The position numbers and the translations under genes are program-made. Positions 61,156 through 64,000 of a stretch of 64,000 nucleotides of DNA are shown in pieces. The notes below the pieces were generated by a model. That model saw only the letters and a program-made list of their open reading frames with translations. It ran no database searches and was not told the origin of the DNA. The DNA comes from an uncultured delta proteobacterium. Its GTDB lineage: Bacteria > Myxococcota > Myxococcia > Myxococcales > Myxococcaceae. The DNA lies in the NCBI GenBank assembly GCA_963771175.1, contig CAVYSY010000033.1, forward strand, positions 1 through 64,000. The letters are read 5' to 3'. Every line of letters starts with the position of its first letter. Within the stretch, counting starts at the first letter, position 1.

Positions 61156-64000
61156 CTACGTGCGCCAGTGCGGGCTGGCTGAGGCGCCCCTCGGAGAGCA
61201 ACGGGGGTCGGATGCGGCCTCCGGATCCGCATTGGAGCAGGGCAGCCGCACCTCCACGCGCGTGCCCTTGCCGGGGTCACTGTGGAGGCGGATGCGGCCG
61301 CCCTGGCGCAGGACGATGCGGCGGCTGAGGGCCAGCCCCAGGCCCGTGCCCTCGCCCGCGGCGCGGGTGGAGAAGAAGGGCTGGAAGAGGCGATCCATGT
61401 GCCTCGGGCGTGATGCCCACGCCGTTGTCGCCGATGTGCACCACGGCGTCGTCGCCCTCGCGCGAGGTGGACACCTTCACCCGCCCGTCGGCCGCCCACC
61501 GCGCGCAGCGCGTTGTCCAGCAGGTTGACCCACACCTGGTTGAGCGAGCCCGGGTCGCCCAGCACCGGCTCCGCGGCACTTGTAGTCGCGCTCCACCTTC
61601 ACGCCCGGGGGCAGCTCCACGCCAGAGCGCCTGCAGGCGTGGAGTCCAGCGAGCGCGCCCAGGTCCACCGCCACCGCCGTGCTCGCCGGTGCGCACGAAG
61701 GACAGCAGGGCCTCGGCCAGGTGGCGGATGCGCTGCCCGCACTCCTCGATGAGGCTCCAGCATGGCCCTGGCCAGCGCCGGGTCCGGGGTGCCGCCGGCT
61801 CGAGGCTCTCGCGCAGCGGCAGCAGCGCGTTCATCAGCCCGTTGAGGGGGTTGCGCACCTCGTGGGCGAAGCCGCGAGGTGAGCAGGCCGGTGGCCGCCA
61901 GCCGCTCGTTCTCCGCCGCGCGCACCGCCGCGTCGCGCAGGCGCAGCTGCGCGTCGATGCGCGCGAGCAGCTCGCGCGGCTGAAGGGCTTGCCCAGGTAG
62001 TCGTTGGCGCCCATGGACAGCCCCTCCACCTTCGCGTCCACCTCCTGGCGCGCGGTGAGGAGGATGACGGGGATGTCCAGCCGTCTCCGGCGAGTGTGCG
62101 CAGGCCACTCCAGCATCTGCAGGCCGGACATCACCGGCATCATCACGTCGGACACGATGAGGTCGCGGGCCGCTCCGCCTGCGCGCAGCGCCAGCCCCTC
62201 CTCGCCGTTGGCGGCCTCCAGCACGCTGGTAGTGCTGGCCGCAGGCACGCTGCGCAGGAAGCCGCGGATCTCCGGCGTCGTCCTCCACCAGCAGCACGCG
62301 AGGCGCGTCCCGGTCGGCCGCGGCCTCCGGGGTGTCGCTCCGGCGAGGCGCCTCCAGCCGCGCCGCGAGGCCCCCGGCGCCGACGGCGCGGGGAGCAGCG
62401 CCGCCAGGTCCGGCGGCTCCGCGCGGGGACGGACGCATCCGCGGCCAGGGCAGCTCGCGCAGCTCCTCGCGCACGTGGGCGCGCCCTTGGGCAGCCGCAC
62501 GTGGAAGGTGGAGCCCTTCCCCTGCTCGCTCGTCACCTCGATGCCGCCCGCGTGCAGCTCCAGCGTCTCCTTCACCAGCGCCAGGCCGATGCCGGTGCCG
62601 CCGAAGCGCCGGGTGCCGCTCGCGTCCGCCGGGCGAAGCGGTCGAAGATGACGGGGCAGTCCTGCGCGGCGATGCCCGGGCCGGTGTCGCTCACCTCCAC
62701 GTGCACGCTGGCGTCGTCCTCGCTCAGCCGCACCGTCACCCCGCCCTGCCTGGTGAACTTGAGCGCGTTGGAGATGCAGGTTCTGGAAGACGCTCTCCAT
62801 CTTCGCCGGCGTCCACCTGGACGGGGGTCACCGGCCTCGCCCTCCAGCGCGAGCGCCAGGCGCTTCCGCTCCGCCACCACGTGGAAGGGCAGCAGCAGCG
62901 AGGCGAGGAAGCCGTGCAGCTCCAGCGGCTGGTAGCGCAGCCGCGCCTTGCCGGACTCGATGCTGGGCCAGGTCCAGCAGGTTGTTGATGAGCCGCAGCA
63001 GGCGCGAGGCGTTGCGGTCCATGGTCTCCAGGTGCTGGCGCACGGACGCGGGCAGCACTCCCCGCGTCGCGCTGCAGCAGCGACTCGAGCGTGAGCAGGA
63101 TGAGCGTGAGCGGGGTGCGCAGCTCGTGGCTCACGTTGTCGAAGAACTCGCTCTTGACGCCGGTCCAGCTCCTGCTGCTTGCGCGAGCGCGTCTCCAGCT
63201 GGGCGTTGGCCTCGGTGAGCTCGCGCGTGCGCTGCCGCCACCCGGTCCTCGAGGGCCAGGTTGATGCGGAACATGTCGCTGTAGCGCTGCTGCAGCTCGC
63301 TGAGCGAGCTGCATCAGGCCCTCGTTCTGACCGGCCAGCAGCTCGTCCTTGCGGCGCAGCTCCCCGCGCGCGTCCAGCCAGGCCCCGAAGGAGGCCCCAC
63401 CCAGCGCCAGCGTGGGCACCATGACGGTGGCCGGCGCCACGTCCACCATTCCCACGCCCAGCCCGCCCACCGCGCCCGACACCAGGCCGATCACCGACCA
63501 CCAGCTCCGCACCGGGTTGGTCCACCGCACGTGGTAGCGGCAGCAGTCCGCGCCGTTGATCTGGCACTGGTACTCCACCACCTCCGCGGGCGGGCGCTTC
63601 CAGATGGTGGGGATGGAGGCGAACTGCGCCATCCGTCCCTCGCACAGGTTGCGGTTGGACTCGGGGATGTGGCTCTTGTACGAGAGCTCCATCGAGTTGA
63701 AGCCGAGCTTCTCGATGATGAAGGCGCCCGCCCGGTTGAAGGTGGGCTGCAGCTCCACCATCTTCCGATACGTCTGCGCCGGGTTGCCGAAGGTGCGCAG
63801 GATGTGGAAGAGGAAGCCGAGCGCCTGCGGGCTGGCGGTGAGCATGCCCGCCTTGCGCATGAAGGCGGGATCACCGGACTCGGTGATGAGCGCGTCGATG
63901 ATGCGCTCGATGAAGTTCAACGAGACGAAGTTCGTCATCGTCGTGACGTACTCGAGCGACAGGCTGAAGCCCCTGCGCCGCCACATCTCGACGAGTCGCT
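61156..64000 (-). CDS. Hybrid sensor kinase: V4R-like domain, TM, HisKA-HATPase, REC, HisKA-HATPase (frameshifted, runs off the window)
   Basis: CQINGADCCRY, SHELRTPL, GGTGIGL, SDVMMP...LLTA...DYLGKPF, AHEVRNPL, GEGTGLGL. Confidence 0.85.

Noticed and set aside
58300..64000. Mass pseudogenisation of the transporters and kinase
   Set aside because: Frameshifts increase toward the window end without in-frame decay, typical of a poorly polished contig end.

Overview
High-GC bacterial DNA made of two unlike parts joined at about 11,200. The left part (1-11,200) is full of frameshifts and does not look myxobacterial. It holds a PucR-type regulator, a nucleoside 2-deoxyribosyltransferase, a cupin, two secreted proteins, a GNAT, leuS, tRNA-Ala(GGC) and a 5'-truncated ECF sigma factor. 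The right part (11,201-64,000) is myxobacterial: cdnL, comEC, purA, addAB-like helicase-nuclease, uvrA, FHA proteins, two POT transporters and a hybrid kinase. The highlight is a minus-strand class I lanthipeptide operon (13,405-23,155) in the order lanC-lanA-lanB-hlyD-PCAT-MBL enzyme. Its 53-aa precursor has an LxLxKx5L motif, a double-glycine leader and a 15-aa core with only one Cys. Its LanC has CCG instead of CHG. The last gene is an MBL-fold enzyme that resembles the CmlA-type diiron beta-hydroxylases and may be a new RiPP tailoring enzyme. Other points of interest are a Dbr1 (lariat debranching)-like phosphoesterase, a 198-bp duplication of the uvrA 3' end with a tmRNA-3'-like fragment after each copy, and a plasticity zone with IS66 tnpA, GST and TonB-receptor remnants. 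Many frameshifts are probably long-read errors. No CRISPR array or rRNA was seen. All family assignments come from motif recognition by eye; no database was searched.
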